The translations under genes were made by a program, and so were the position numbers. A stretch of 38,426 bases of DNA from Christensenellaceae bacterium (GTDB taxonomy: Bacteria > Bacillota > Clostridia > Christensenellales > Aristaeellaceae). Of this stretch, positions 7,443 through 16,633 are shown piece by piece. Each line of letters opens with the position of its first letter. The stretch's first letter is position 1. The stretch lies in the NCBI GenBank assembly GCA_017881705.1, contig JADGQP010000056.1, positions 1 to 38,426 of the forward strand, in the 5' to 3' direction. The notes beneath the pieces are model-generated. The model was not told where the DNA came from and ran no database searches. It was given only the letters and a program-made list of their open reading frames with translations.

Positions 7443-9638
7443 TTAGTTACGGTCGTTTCCACCGTTGGGGCGCCCGTCGCGGCGCGGGGGGCGGCGGTGG
7501 TCGATAGCGTTGTTGTTGCTGCTGCTGCTGCGGAAGCCGCCTTCGGGCGCGGAGGGATAGTTGATGTCGGTACGCACGAGGTTGACGCGGCCCTGCGAGT
7601 CGATCTCGTTGACCTTTACCTCAATTTCGTCGCCGATGTTCATTACATCTTCGACCTTTTCCACGCGGTGGTCGGCCATCTTGCTGATGTGCAGCATGCC
7701 GTCTTTTCCGCCGGTCAGCTCGATGAACGCGCCGAAATTCATAATGCGCACCACTTTGCCCAGGTAAACGTCGCCCACTTCGACATCTTTGGCAATGCCT
7801 TCGATGATCTTTTTGGCTTTGGCGGCGGCGGCCTCATCGGGCGTAGCGATGTATACGCGCCCGTCGTCCTCGATGTCGATCTTTACGCCGGTTTCGGCGA
7901 TGATCTTGTTGATCATCTTGCCGCCCGGTCCGATGACTTCACGGATCTTTTCGGGGTTAATGGTGAAGCGGATGATCTTAGGCGCATACTTGCTCATGTG
8001 GTCGCGCGGCTGGGCGAGGGTAACCAGCATAACCTGCATAATGTGCAGACGGCCCAAGCGAGCCTGATCCAACGCCTTTTCCAGAACAACGCGGTCGATG
8101 CCGGCGATTTTGATATCCATCTGGATAGCAGTAATGCCCTTGACGGTACCGGCTACTTTAAAGTCCATGTCGCCCAGGAAATCTTCCAGGCCCTGGATGT
8201 CGGTAAGCACGGCGATTTTGTCGCTGGCGGTGTCCTTAATCAGGCCCATCGCCACGCCCGCCACAGGCGCCTTAATCGGCACGCCCGCGTCCATCAGGCT
8301 CAGGGTGCTGCCGCAAACGGAAGCCATGGAGCTGGAGCCGTTGCTGCCCAGTATTTCGCTTACCAAGCGCAGCGCATAGGGGAACTCGTCTTCGCCGGGA
8401 ATCACCGGCAGAAGCGCGCGTTCCGCCAACGCACCGTGGCCGATTTCGCGGCGGCCGGGGCTCTTCATACGGCCCGCTTCGCCTGTGGCATAGGGCGGCA
8501 TGTTGTAATGGTGGATATAGCGCTTGAACTCCTCGGTGCCGATGCCGTCCAGCATCTGCACGTCGCTCATGGAGCCAAGCGTGGTTACGGTGAGCGCCTG
8601 GGTTTCGCCGCGTGTGAAGATGGCGCTGCCATGGGTGCGCGGCAACACGCCGACTTCACACCAGATGGGGCGCACATCCGTAAGGCCGCGGCCATCGGGG
8701 CGAACGCCCTGATCCAGGATCTTGCGGCGCATAATTTCTTTGTTGAGGTAGTACAGCGCGTCGGCCACTTCGTCCAACCGGCCTGCGAACTGCTCGGCAA
8801 AATGCGCCAGGCAATCCTTTTTGGTTTCTTCCTCACGCTGTTGGCGCTCGGCGCGTACGGTGGTATCAAACGTCCACGCACACTTGTCGTACGCGTATTC
8901 ACGAACGGCCTGTTTCACGTCCTCGCCGGTGGTTACCAGCGCAACGACGCTCTTTTCCTTGCCGATCTCTTTTTGGATACCTTCGATGAAGGCGACGATC
9001 TTTTTGATTTCCTCATGAGCGAACAGGATGCCATCCAGCATTTCCTTTTCGGAAACTTCGTTGGCACCGGCTTCCACCATCAGCACCGCGTCTTTGGTGC
9101 CGCTGACGGTCACGTTCATGGTGCTCTTTTCACGCTGCGCCTCATCGGGGTTGATCACGTACTGGCCGCCCACGCAGCCGACCACCACGGTGCCCGTGGG
9201 GCCGCCCCAGGGAATATTGCTAACCGCGAGCGCCGCGGAGGAGCCGATCATCGCGGGTATTTCCGGCAGCACGTTCTTATCGGCGGAAAGTACGGTCGCG
9301 ACAACCTGTACGTCGTTACGCATGCCCTTGGGGAACAGCGGGCGAAGCGGACGGTCGATCAGGCGGCAGGTCAACGTGGCTTTTTCGGTCGGACGGCCTT
9401 CGCGCTTGATAAAGCCGCCGGGAATTTTGCCCACGGAATATTGCTTCTCTTCAAAATCCACGGAAAGCGGGAAGAAATCCACGCCCTCGCGGGGCGCATC
9501 GCTCATGGTCGCGTTGACCATAACGACCGTGTCGCCATAACGTACGAACGCGGAACCGGCTGCCTGCTGGCAGTACTTTCCGAATTCGATGGAGAGCTGA
9601 CGACCCGCCAGCTCGGTGGTGAAAACCTTGTAGTCCAT
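7443..9638 (-). CDS. pnp: Polyribonucleotide nucleotidyltransferase (PNPase)
   Basis: Track ORF 7443..9731. I moved the start to ATG 9638 (MDYKVFTTELAGR...), preceded by GAGGAGAATAGA. Two RNase PH domains, then KH and S1 (VYLGKVVRIMNFGAFIEL). It ends in a 41-aa basic low-complexity C-terminal tail. Confidence 0.95.
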   Translation of the reverse strand: MDYKVFTTELAGRQLSIEFGKYCQQAAGSAFVRYGDTVVMVNATMSDAPREGVDFFPLSVDFEEKQYSVGKIPGGFIKREGRPTEKATLTCRLIDRPLRPLFPKGMRNDVQVVATVLSADKNVLPEIPAMIGSSAALAVSNIPWGGPTGTVVVGCVGGQYVINPDEAQREKSTMNVTVSGTKDAVLMVEAGANEVSEKEMLDGILFAHEEIKKIVAFIEGIQKEIGKEKSVVALVTTGEDVKQAVREYAYDKCAWTFDTTVRAERQQREEETKKDCLAHFAEQFAGRLDEVADALYYLNKEIMRRKILDQGVRPDGRGLTDVRPIWCEVGVLPRTHGSAIFTRGETQALTVTTLGSMSDVQMLDGIGTEEFKRYIHHYNMPPYATGEAGRMKSPGRREIGHGALAERALLPVIPGEDEFPYALRLVSEILGSNGSSSMASVCGSTLSLMDAGVPIKAPVAGVAMGLIKDTASDKIAVLTDIQGLEDFLGDMDFKVAGTVKGITAIQMDIKIAGIDRVVLEKALDQARLGRLHIMQVMLVTLAQPRDHMSKYAPKIIRFTINPEKIREVIGPGGKMINKIIAETGVKIDIEDDGRVYIATPDEAAAAKAKKIIEGIAKDVEVGDVYLGKVVRIMNFGAFIELTGGKDGMLHISKMADHRVEKVEDVMNIGDEIEVKVNEIDSQGRVNLVRTDINYPSAPEGGFRSSSSNNNAIDHRRPPRRDGRPNGGNDRN

Positions 9639-9751
9639 TCTATTCTCCTCATTCCTGCGTACGGGCCACGTTGCCCGCCGCAACATCCATTCGCCGCGCG
9701 CGGCTAAAGCCGCCGCACGGTTACGGTACACGGAAACCGTTTCCGCCCCTT

Positions 9752-9808
9752 GAAAAACAGCCGCGTTACAGCGGAAATCGTACTGCTGTTCCGCCGATAA
9801 CGCGGCTG
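9752..9808 (-). terminator. rpsO intrinsic terminator / pnp leader hairpin
   Basis: Minus strand CAGCCGCGTTA (9808..9798) pairs with TAACGCGGCTG (9768..9758). An inner GCGGAA/TTCCGC helix extends it. It is followed by TTTTTC and lies 15 nt after the rpsO stop. Confidence 0.8.
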
Positions 9809-9822
9809 TGCGCTGCCGTCGT

Positions 9823-10077
9823 TTACTTCCTCAGACCTAACTGGGCAATCAGCGTGCGGTAGCTTTCGATGTTGGAGTTTTTTAAATAATCCAACAGGCC
9901 GCGGCGTTTACCGACCATCAGCAACAGTCCGCGACGGCTGTGGTGATCCTTCTTATTGGTCAGAAGATGCTCGTTGAGGTGGTTAATGCGCTCGGTCAGC
10001 AGCGCGATCTGCACCTCGGGAGAACCCGTGTCGCCCTCGTGGCGGGCATAAGTCTTGATGATTTCCGTTTTTTCCAT
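9823..10077 (-). CDS. rpsO: 30S ribosomal protein S15
   Basis: Track ORF 9823..10212. I moved the start to ATG 10077 ([31 protein letters not shown]...), 8 nt after GAGGAGG. 84 aa. Confidence 0.95.
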   Translation of the reverse strand: MEKTEIIKTYARHEGDTGSPEVQIALLTERINHLNEHLLTNKKDHHSRRGLLLMVGKRRGLLDYLKNSNIESYRTLIAQLGLRK

Positions 10078-10196
10078 TGGGTTTGCCTCCTCGTAATGGT
10101 AGCGCCTGCGCGCCCCATGGTAATCGCCGCCCGCATAGTCCGCCGTTTGGCTATCGAACGTCCGCGCGGGCGGTTCGTTCCGTGCATACAAGCACA
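10078..10196 (-). promoter_or_regulatory. Structured rpsO 5' leader (candidate S15 autoregulatory element)
   Basis: About 119-nt leader between the predicted TSS and the ATG. An 8-bp all-GC long-range pairing joins CCGCCCGC (minus strand of 10166-10173) with GCGGGCGG (minus strand of 10127-10134). There is also a GCGC-GCAG-GCGC hairpin next to the RBS. Confidence 0.4.
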
Positions 10197-10202
10197 TCAT
10201 CG

Positions 10203-10231
10203 ATTGTACCATGCCTGCCGTGCTTTGTAAA
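10203..10231 (-). promoter_or_regulatory. Sigma-A promoter of rpsO
   Basis: On the minus strand, TTTACA (10231..10226), a 17-nt spacer, then TG-n-TACAAT (extended -10, hexamer 10208..10203). Confidence 0.6.
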
Positions 10232-10293
10232 CGGTTTACAGTAAAAAACCCGGGGTTAAATGGCCTTCCAATGGCGTTTCACACACCGGAAAG

Positions 10294-11079
10294 TCACGCC
10301 TGTTCCGCGACAAACCGCAGCAGCGCCTTGCGCGTACCCTCCGCCACGCCCGGCAGGCGGCACAGCGCCGAGCCATCCTCACCAAGGATTGTCAGCGCGG
10401 GATAAACCTTCGCGCCATCGCAAAACAACACGCGGTAACAGCCCGCTGGCAGATCCTGCTTGCCATCCCGCACAAGGCGCAGCCAAACGCGGTCGCCTTC
10501 CTTACGTATAACCTCCGCAAGGCGCTCATAAGGCCGTCCCAACAAGCCGCGCGCCTGCCGGACCCGTCCATTGGCCAGCAGCGAGCGGATCTCCGTGGCG
10601 CTCACGGCCCGGCCGTTCGCGCGGATAGCCGGCACCATAACGGTGCGAAAGCCCAGCGCGTCCCCCAGCGCCGAAAGCAACGCAGGCGTGCCGGAACCCT
10701 TGCTGCCAAACGAGTAATTATAGCCGATCACTACCGCGCGGGGCTTCCAGCGGCTCACCAGCCGTCCCACAAATTCTTCCGGCGGGGTATCCCGCACCGT
10801 TGGGGTAAACGGCTGCGCGCAATATATATCCACGCCCAGGGCCTCCATCAGCCGTACGCGCTCCTCCTGCGTGGTTAAAAGAGGAGGGCAATGTGCCGGA
10901 TCCAGCAGGCTCATCGGGTGCTGCGCAAAGGTCTGCACCACCAGCGGTACGCCTTCCTGGTCCGCAGTTTTACGTGCTTTGCAAAGCAACACCCGATGCC
11001 CCGCGTGTACGCCATCGAACATGCCCAGCGCCACCACTGAAGCATCCGTGCTCAAATGACCATCCAGACAAAGTTTCAT
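10294..11079 (-). CDS. ribF: RibF-like FMN adenylyltransferase (FAD synthetase) with a short, degenerate C-terminal riboflavin-kinase-like region
   Basis: 261 aa with a GGAGGAA RBS. N-terminal FADS motifs are present: GMFDGVHAGH, GYNYSFG, VSATEIR, LLGRPY. The C-terminal roughly 80 aa lack the GxGRxxGFPTAN kinase motif. Position between truB and rpsO is canonical. Confidence 0.8.
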   Translation of the reverse strand: MKLCLDGHLSTDASVVALGMFDGVHAGHRVLLCKARKTADQEGVPLVVQTFAQHPMSLLDPAHCPPLLTTQEERVRLMEALGVDIYCAQPFTPTVRDTPPEEFVGRLVSRWKPRAVVIGYNYSFGSKGSGTPALLSALGDALGFRTVMVPAIRANGRAVSATEIRSLLANGRVRQARGLLGRPYERLAEVIRKEGDRVWLRLVRDGKQDLPAGCYRVLFCDGAKVYPALTILGEDGSALCRLPGVAEGTRKALLRFVAEQA

Positions 11080-11128
11080 GCGTTTCCTCCGAAAATGCGT
11101 ATTTAAAGTGCGTCGCTCACATAATGGC

Positions 11129-12049
11129 TTATTCCAACAGCCATGTTTTCGTTTTCAGGGTTTGCCCGTCGCATTCGCCCACCGCCGCCAGCCTGTCCCC
11201 CAGGTAGAGGCGCACCGGCAGGCCGGGCGTAAGCCCATCGGCCGCAAACGCACCGATGGACAGCGGCACACCGTTGAGAAACGGCTTTTCCAGCCCACGG
11301 GGCACTGTGACCCGCGGCAGGTGAGAAATCGGCATTTCCATAGGTACCAGCAGCTTTTCAAGCTCGCACAACCGTACGGATTCGGCGATCTCCTCCAGCG
11401 TATGCGCCGTTTCCAGTGTAAACGCGCCGGATTGCGTACGCAATAAAAACCGCATATGCGCCGGGCAACCAAGCGCCTCCCCCAGATCCGCGCACAGAGT
11501 GCGCACGTAAAACCCTTTGGAGCATCGCACCGAGATCAGCGCGCCGTGGCGGGACGTAAGGTCCAGCAGCTCCAGTTTATTAACCGTAACCGGTCTGGCG
11601 GCAACCGCCACCGTTTTGCCCTGCCGCGCCAGATGGTACAGCCGCTGACCGTTCACGCTCAAAGCGCTGTACATAGGCGGGGTTTGCAGCTGTTCCCCCG
11701 TAAAACGGGGCAACGCGGCGCGTATAGCGTTCTCGTCAGGGTACGCGTCCCCCATGGCGATCGCCTTTCCCTGCGCGTCCTGCGTATCCGTGGCATAGCC
11801 GAAGGCAATCTCCGCAATATACGCTTTTTCTTTGTCCTGCAGATAGTCAAACAGGCGCGCCGCTTTGCCGATCATCAGCGGCAGCACGCCCGAGGCTTCA
11901 GGGTCGAGGGTTCCGGCGTGTCCCGTTTTTTCACCACAAAGCAATCGGCGCACACGGGCCACCGTTTGCGCCGAACTCATGCCCGGGGGTTTGAGCACGT
12001 TTAGAAAGCCACATAGGCCGGGCTTTGGGGATGTATCCATGGAGTTCAC
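11129..12049 (-). CDS. truB: tRNA pseudouridine(55) synthase
   Basis: 306 aa. GTG 12049 lies 9 nt after a GGAGG inside the nrnA 3' end. Motif GHAGTLDPEASGVL carries the catalytic Asp. Confidence 0.92.
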   Translation of the reverse strand: MNSMDTSPKPGLCGFLNVLKPPGMSSAQTVARVRRLLCGEKTGHAGTLDPEASGVLPLMIGKAARLFDYLQDKEKAYIAEIAFGYATDTQDAQGKAIAMGDAYPDENAIRAALPRFTGEQLQTPPMYSALSVNGQRLYHLARQGKTVAVAARPVTVNKLELLDLTSRHGALISVRCSKGFYVRTLCADLGEALGCPAHMRFLLRTQSGAFTLETAHTLEEIAESVRLCELEKLLVPMEMPISHLPRVTVPRGLEKPFLNGVPLSIGAFAADGLTPGLPVRLYLGDRLAAVGECDGQTLKTKTWLLE

Positions 12050-12051
12050 AG

Positions 12052-13056
12052 TTATGAGCCTCCGAGATAGACTTTTTTCAGGGCGTTTTCCACGCGGCTT
12101 ACCGCCTGGCGCATGCTGCCGACGATGGTGCAGCCCGCGGCCAGCTGATGGCCGCCCCCGCCGAACTGCTCGGCTACGGTATCCACACGGTAAGGCGAGA
12201 TGGCGCGAAGGCTTACCTTGATGGCGCCGTTCTCCGTTTCTCTGGCAAAATAGGCGATTTTTACGCCGATTACGTCGATGGCGTAATCCACGATGCCGTC
12301 GGTATGCTGGCCGGAAACGCCGACCGCCATGATATCCTTAAGGCTCAGCCGCATACCGGCGATCTCGCCTCCGCAAAGATACCGCATCGTCGGCAGCGCC
12401 TTGCCCAGCAACGCAATGTGTTCCTTCTCCTTGCAGCGAAACAGTATGCGCGCGTAATGGGCAATGGGAAGCTCCGCTTCCATCAATTTTTCCATGATGC
12501 GGAAGGCTTCCGCGTTTGTATTCTGGTATACAAAATCGCCCGTGTCTGTGGACAGGCCGGTATACAGGCAAATAGCCTCTTCACGCCGCACGGGTTGACC
12601 CAGCGCGGTAAACAGGCGGAAAACCAACACAGCCGAGGCCGACGCGTCCCCGTCGATCAGGTTGATCTGCGCAAAACCGGGGTTGGTGAAGTGATGGTCA
12701 ATCTGCGCGGTCTTTTTTATGCTTTGGTACAGCGAAAGCGCGCGGCCCATACGGTCTGCGCTGCTCACGTCCACCGAAATGGCCAGCGCACCCTCCGAAA
12801 TCGTAATCGTATCGGCAGCTTCCGCATAGGGGCGCACACAATAGATGTCCGGCAGGAAAGCCAGCGTTTGCGGCGTTTCGTCATCCAGTACCACGGTCAC
12901 AGGCTTTTTTAGCCGTGTCAGCAGCATTTTTAACGCCAGCGTACTCCCAAGCGTATCGCCGTCCGGCGAAATATGCGGAAACAGCAATACGCTGTCCGCG
13001 TTTTGAATCGCGGACAGCAGCTCGCTCAACTGGTAGCGGTCACTCATGTTCGTCAT
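12052..13056 (-). CDS. nrnA: DHH/DHHA1 phosphoesterase (NrnA-like oligoribonuclease / pAp phosphatase)
   Basis: Track ORF 12052..13122. I moved the start to ATG 13056 (MTNMSDRYQ...), 6 nt after GGGAGGTGG. It overlaps the rbfA 3' end by 17 nt. Motifs HISPDGDTLGS, QIDHHFTN (DHH) and GGGGHQLAAG (DHHA1). Confidence 0.85.
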   Translation of the reverse strand: MTNMSDRYQLSELLSAIQNADSVLLFPHISPDGDTLGSTLALKMLLTRLKKPVTVVLDDETPQTLAFLPDIYCVRPYAEAADTITISEGALAISVDVSSADRMGRALSLYQSIKKTAQIDHHFTNPGFAQINLIDGDASASAVLVFRLFTALGQPVRREEAICLYTGLSTDTGDFVYQNTNAEAFRIMEKLMEAELPIAHYARILFRCKEKEHIALLGKALPTMRYLCGGEIAGMRLSLKDIMAVGVSGQHTDGIVDYAIDVIGVKIAYFARETENGAIKVSLRAISPYRVDTVAEQFGGGGHQLAAGCTIVGSMRQAVSRVENALKKVYLGGS

Positions 13057-13396
13057 GAGTTTCCACCTCCCGAAGCAGCGCGGCGATATGAACGCCATAT
13101 TCGATATTGTGATCCGCAACAAAGATAATTTCCGGCGCGTAGCGGATAATCATCCTCTTGCCAAGCTCGTGCCGTACAAACCCCGCCGCGCTTTTCAGCG
13201 CCGCCATCATCGGTTCGCGGTCGGCTTCCTCTAAAATGCTCACGTAGATCTTTGCGTAGCGCAGATCGCGCGTCACATCCGCGCGGGTCATGCTGAAAGT
13301 GCCTTTCACACGCGGGTCGTGCAGCTGTTCGCGCACGATCGCGTCCACCTCGCGGCGAACTTCTTCGCTGATACGGTCTATGCGTTGATAACTCAA
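13040..13396 (-). CDS. rbfA: Ribosome-binding factor A
   Basis: 118 aa. TTG 13396 lies 7 nt after AAGGAG. Typical RbfA N-terminus (RIDRISEEVRREV...) and position right after infB. Confidence 0.9.
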   Translation of the reverse strand: MSYQRIDRISEEVRREVDAIVREQLHDPRVKGTFSMTRADVTRDLRYAKIYVSILEEADREPMMAALKSAAGFVRHELGKRMIIRYAPEIIFVADHNIEYGVHIAALLREVETHDEHE

Positions 13397-13435
13397 TGTT
13401 GACTCCTTATGGGTCGGTGGAAAAGCGGGGAGCCT

Positions 13436-16400
13436 TTAGCGCTCGATTTCTTCCAGAATAAAGCACTCGAGGATATCGCCTTCCTTGATATCGTTGTACC
13501 CGTCCAGGCTTACGCCGCACTCGAAGCTCTGTGCGACCTCCTTGGCGTCGTCCTTAAAGCGCTTCAGGGAGGACAGCTTGCCCTCGAAAGCAACCACATT
13601 GTCGCGCAGCAGGCGTACCTGAGCGTTGCGCTGCAGTTTGCCATCGGTCACATAGCAGCCAGCCACGGTGCCCGCGCCGGTAATGTGGAATACGTTTCGT
13701 ACTTCCGCGTGACCCAGCATCGTTTCCTTGAATTCCGGCGCCAGCAGACCCTTCATAGCCTTCTGGATATCTTCAATCGCCTGGTAGATAATGCGGTACA
13801 GGCGGATATCCACGCCTTCCTTTTCGGCGGTGTCACGCGCGCTGCTGTCCGGCCGGATGTTGAAGCCAATGATGATCGCGTTGAAGGCTGCGGCGAGGTT
13901 GACGTCGTCCTTATTGATGGCGCCCACAGCGCTGTGCAGCACACGCACCTTTACCTTTTCATCGGATAGTTTCTCCAGGGCCTGCTTAACAGCTTCCACG
14001 GAACCCTGCACATCCGCCTTGATAATCAGGTTGAGGTTTTCCACCTTGCCCTGGTCGATCTGGCTGAACAGGTTATCCAGCGATAGCTTGCCCACGTTGG
14101 AGGCTGCGCGTGCGACCTTGAGTTTGTCACGGCGTTCTTCCACCACCTGGCGACCCAGATGATCATCCGAAACAGCCATGATATCATCGCCCGCGCTGGG
14201 AACCTCGGTAAAGCCGGCGATTTCCACAGGCGTCGAGGGGCCCGCTTCCTCTATCCGTTCGCCTTTGTCGTTCATCATGGCACGTACACGGCCGCTGGCC
14301 AGACCCACCACAATGTTGTCGCCAACATGTAGGGTACCGTTTTGCACCAACACCGTCGCCAGAGGTCCGCGGGACTTATCCAGCTTGGCTTCGATAATAA
14401 CGCCCTTGGCCAGGCGGTTGGGGTTGGCGCGCAGCTGAAGCACATCGGCCTGCAGCAGAATCATTTCCAGCAGGGTACTCACGCCCTCGCCCGTCGTGGC
14501 GCTGACAGGTACCATAATGGTATCGCCGCCCCATTCCTCGGGCACCATTTCGTAAGCGGTCAGGTCCTGCTTAACGCGCTCGGGATTCGCGCCCTCTTTG
14601 TCGATCTTGTTAATCGCCACCACAATGGGCACGTTGGCTGCCTTGGCGTGATGGATGGATTCAATGGTCTGCGGCATTACGCCGTCGTCCGCTGCCACCA
14701 CCAGCACTGCGATGTCCGTCGCCTGTGTGCCGCGGGCACGCATGGCGGTGAACGCCTCATGGCCCGGGGTATCCAGGAAGGTGATTTTGCGGCCGTTCAG
14801 TTCCACCGTGTACGCGCCGATATGCTGCGTGATGCCGCCCGCCTCGCCCGCCGTAACGTGCGTGTGGCGGATATAGTCCAACAATGAAGTCTTGCCGTGA
14901 TCCACGTGACCCATAATGGTGATAACCGGGGGACGCGGTTCCAGATCCTGCTCGTCATCCTCCACATCGGCTTCGGTCAGCGCATCCTCGGCGGTCTTGG
15001 CCATGTTCATTTCCAGTTCCACGCCGAACTCGCCGCACACAAGGCTGGCGGTGTCGAAATCCAGCTCGCTGTTGATGTTGGCCATCACGCCTAAAAGCAG
15101 CAGCTTTTTCAATATATCGCCGGCTGGTTTGCCGACGCGTTCGGTAAGATCCTTTACGGTAATGGCTTCAGCCGTCATAAACGCTTTTTCGATCCTGATG
15201 GGCGCCATCATCATCTGCGCGCTGGGCTTTTTGGAGCGAGCGCGGCGGCCGCCGCGTACCACGTCGTCGTCGATGCCGTTGAAGGTATCTCGTGCGAGCT
15301 GCTTGCGGTTTTTCGCCACGCGCTCGGGGTCGTGCTGGCGGATGTAGCTCTTTTTATTGGGATCGTAATTGCTTACGCGCTCTTTTTCCACCGAAGGCTG
15401 CAGTTCCGGGCCCTTCGCGGGACGATTGCCCATGGGTCTGCCTGGCGCGCCTCCCATTGGGCGGGCAAAACCGCCCGCAGGGCGAACGCCCTGGCCGACG
15501 CCGGCAGGCCGACCATATGGCGCCTGCGGATTGGCCGGACGGCCATACGGGCCTTGCCCGGCAGCCGGACGTGCATACGCGCCCTGCTGCGGTGCGGCGG
15601 GCCGGGGATACGTACCCTGCGGCATTGGCGGACGCACATAAGCACCCGGCTGCTGCGGTGCAGCGGGCCGGGGATATGCACCCTGCGGCGCTGCCGGACG
15701 TGTATACGCACCCGGCTGAGGTTGTGTTTGCGGATTGGCGGGCCGACCATACGGTGCCTGCGGATTCGCCGGTCGGCCATAGGGGCCGCGAGGCGCGCCG
15801 CCAGCAAATGGCGTCTGACCCACAGGAGGCCGCGCCGGCCTGGCAGGCTGGCCGGCAATATAGGCGGGCTGGCCCGATGTATAGGTGGGCTGACCCGCGG
15901 TATAAGCGGGCTGACCCGATGTATAGGCAGGTTGTACTGCGGCGTGGGCGGGCTGTACCGCAGCGTGAGCGGGCTGCGCTGCTGCACTTGCGGGCTGAAC
16001 TGTTGCAGTTGCGGGCTGAGTTGCTGCTGCTGCGGGTTGAGCCGCGGCGTGAGCGGGTTGAGCCGCGGTTTTAGGCGTCGCAGGCGTTTCCGCATGGGAA
16101 GCCGCCGGTTTGGGCTGCTTCGGTTCTACCTTTACCGCTTCTGGCGCTTCCTCTTTCACGGCCGCCGCAGGCGCGGGTTGCTCTGTCGGCTGCGTGGGTT
16201 CGGGAGGTTTCTCCTGCGCGGCGGGAGCCGCCTGCTCAGGCGCGGGCGTCGGAATTGTCGCAGACGCTGGCGCGGGTATCGGTGCAGCTGCGGGCGCGGA
16301 TTGCGGAACCTTAACAGGCATGCTCGCCGAAGGAACCTCCGGCGCCTTTTCAGCCGCCGCGGTTTCTTCCTCCGAATCGGGCATGGTGTACGCTTTCGCG

Positions 16401-16603
16401 TGTAATTGTACCAGGCGCTGCTGCTCGGCCTGTTTTTCCTCGGCTCGGCGCAGTTCCTCCTCGCGGGCATATTGGTTTTCCAACATACGAAGCGTCTGCA
16501 TTAGCTCGTCCGCCCCGTGGCGAACGGTTGAAACGCTTTCCATTACGGTTTCAGCACCCTGGAGGAGATCCTTGGTGGCATCCTTGAGTTTCGCTTTGGT
16601 CAT
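13436..16603 (-). CDS. infB: Translation initiation factor IF-2 with a greatly expanded low-complexity N-terminal region
   Basis: 1055 aa. The G domain [14 protein letters not shown] starts near residue 555, with DTPGHEAF and NKID following. Residues of about 75-415 are Ala/Pro/Gln/Gly-rich repeats. Confidence 0.95.
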   Translation of the reverse strand: MTKAKLKDATKDLLQGAETVMESVSTVRHGADELMQTLRMLENQYAREEELRRAEEKQAEQQRLVQLHAKAYTMPDSEEETAAAEKAPEVPSASMPVKVPQSAPAAAPIPAPASATIPTPAPEQAAPAAQEKPPEPTQPTEQPAPAAAVKEEAPEAVKVEPKQPKPAASHAETPATPKTAAQPAHAAAQPAAAATQPATATVQPASAAAQPAHAAVQPAHAAVQPAYTSGQPAYTAGQPTYTSGQPAYIAGQPARPARPPVGQTPFAGGAPRGPYGRPANPQAPYGRPANPQTQPQPGAYTRPAAPQGAYPRPAAPQQPGAYVRPPMPQGTYPRPAAPQQGAYARPAAGQGPYGRPANPQAPYGRPAGVGQGVRPAGGFARPMGGAPGRPMGNRPAKGPELQPSVEKERVSNYDPNKKSYIRQHDPERVAKNRKQLARDTFNGIDDDVVRGGRRARSKKPSAQMMMAPIRIEKAFMTAEAITVKDLTERVGKPAGDILKKLLLLGVMANINSELDFDTASLVCGEFGVELEMNMAKTAEDALTEADVEDDEQDLEPRPPVITIMGHVDHGKTSLLDYIRHTHVTAGEAGGITQHIGAYTVELNGRKITFLDTPGHEAFTAMRARGTQATDIAVLVVAADDGVMPQTIESIHHAKAANVPIVVAINKIDKEGANPERVKQDLTAYEMVPEEWGGDTIMVPVSATTGEGVSTLLEMILLQADVLQLRANPNRLAKGVIIEAKLDKSRGPLATVLVQNGTLHVGDNIVVGLASGRVRAMMNDKGERIEEAGPSTPVEIAGFTEVPSAGDDIMAVSDDHLGRQVVEERRDKLKVARAASNVGKLSLDNLFSQIDQGKVENLNLIIKADVQGSVEAVKQALEKLSDEKVKVRVLHSAVGAINKDDVNLAAAFNAIIIGFNIRPDSSARDTAEKEGVDIRLYRIIYQAIEDIQKAMKGLLAPEFKETMLGHAEVRNVFHITGAGTVAGCYVTDGKLQRNAQVRLLRDNVVAFEGKLSSLKRFKDDAKEVAQSFECGVSLDGYNDIKEGDILECFILEEIER
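15507..15787 (-). repeat. Nested duplication inside infB: two 47-nt copies flanking GAYxRPAAPQQ-type units
   Basis: 15507-15553 and 15741-15787 agree at 42 of 47 positions by hand alignment; both encode [17 protein letters not shown]. Between them are about five degenerate 33-nt units encoding (P)GAY(T/P/V/A)RPAAPQ(Q). Confidence 0.8.
15846..16075 (-). repeat. About 11 tandem 21-nt (7-aa) repeats inside infB
   Basis: On the plus strand, a GGGCTG/GGGTTG core recurs every 21 nt (near 15846, 15867, 15888, 15908, 15930, 15950, 15971, 15991, 16012, 16033, 16054). The repeats encode QPAHAAV / GQPAYTS-type heptads. Confidence 0.85.
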
Positions 16604-16633
16604 TGTACCGCTTGCACCCCCGCATGATTGCGA

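Noticed and set aside
7302-9707. 801-aa plus-strand ORF covering almost all of pnp in antisense
   Set aside because: The opposite strand encodes an unmistakable PNPase. The antisense product is Ala/Gly/Arg/His/Val-rich with no motifs and no RBS. Long stop-free antisense frames are an expected artefact of high-GC codon usage.
9639-9731. N-terminal extensions of track ORFs: pnp 9639-9731, rpsO 10078-10212, nrnA 13057-13122, ATPase 1511-1534, SBP 30365-30409, aguA 33468-33485, HU 36672-36791 and ferredoxin 4802-4840
   Set aside because: In each case an internal start sits at the proper distance from a strong GGAGG-type RBS and matches the conserved protein N-terminus. The extensions run through terminators and leaders.
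15292-16470. Several long ORFs in other frames and strands across the infB repeat region (15292..16074+, 15332..16405+, 15373..16095-, 16156..16470-)
   Set aside because: They are generated by the 21- and 33-nt tandem repeats, which stay open in several frames. All are Arg/Pro/Cys-rich and lack starts with an RBS. The IF-2 frame continues into a canonical G domain.
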